The position numbers and the translations under genes are program-made. Positions 63,640-64,000 of a DNA stretch of 64,000 bases are shown piece by piece. Source of the DNA: Eledone cirrhosa (taxonomy: Eukaryota); NCBI GenBank assembly GCA_964016885.1, contig OZ024740.1, positions 350,176,001 through 350,240,000 on the forward strand. The letters are read 5' to 3'. Position 1 is the first letter of the stretch. Each line of letters begins with the position of its first letter. The notes beneath the pieces are model-generated. The model worked only from the letters and a program-made list of their open reading frames with translations. It was not told where the DNA came from and did not search any database.

Positions 63640-63776
63640 TCCAGGTAGAAGGAGCAAGGTGAAATAAAGTGTCTTGCTCAAGGACATAACGCATCGCCTG
63701 GTCCAGGAATCGAACTCACAACCTCAACATCCTCAACATTGTGAATCCAATTCTCTAACCATTCAGCTACACGCCT

Positions 63777-63778
<2 letters not shown>
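63640..63778 (-). mobile_element. Second tRNA-derived SINE family
   Basis: Minus strand has a tRNA-like head followed by ccttgagcaagacactttatttcac; related copies at ~43255-43355 and ~45655-45745. Confidence 0.65.
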
Positions 63779-63864
<86 letters not shown>

Positions 63865-63885
63865 AATATATATATATTTATATAT

Positions 63886-63933
<48 letters not shown>

Positions 63934-63934
63934 T

Positions 63935-63996
<62 letters not shown>

Positions 63997-64000
63997 TATA

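Overview
Eukaryotic, AT-rich, repeat-dominated DNA with long (TA)n/(CA)n/(GA)n tracts. The repeat content suggests a mollusc, probably an octopus, but this is inference. I find no convincing intact host protein gene. The window holds three tRNA genes (Glu-TTC, two Arg-TCG), decayed Penelope-like retroelements (PLE; RT plus GIY-YIG) of at least three families, fragments of RTE-like, CRE-like and mariner elements, many tRNA-derived SINEs and one hAT-type MITE. The hidden layer is RNA structure. By eye I count roughly 30 type I hammerhead ribozyme (HHR) motifs (CTGANGA...GAAA...NUH with complementary stems) from about a dozen sequence families, most in modules embedded in (TA)n tracts. They include a 78-bp head-to-tail HHR array (7 complete units), ~440-485-bp tandem HHR monomers resembling retrozymes, fold-back palindromes with HHRs on both strands, octamer motifs upstream of HHRs in two unrelated families, and a conserved motif with hammerhead core words in non-canonical order. 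All structures were read manually; ribozyme activity is untested.
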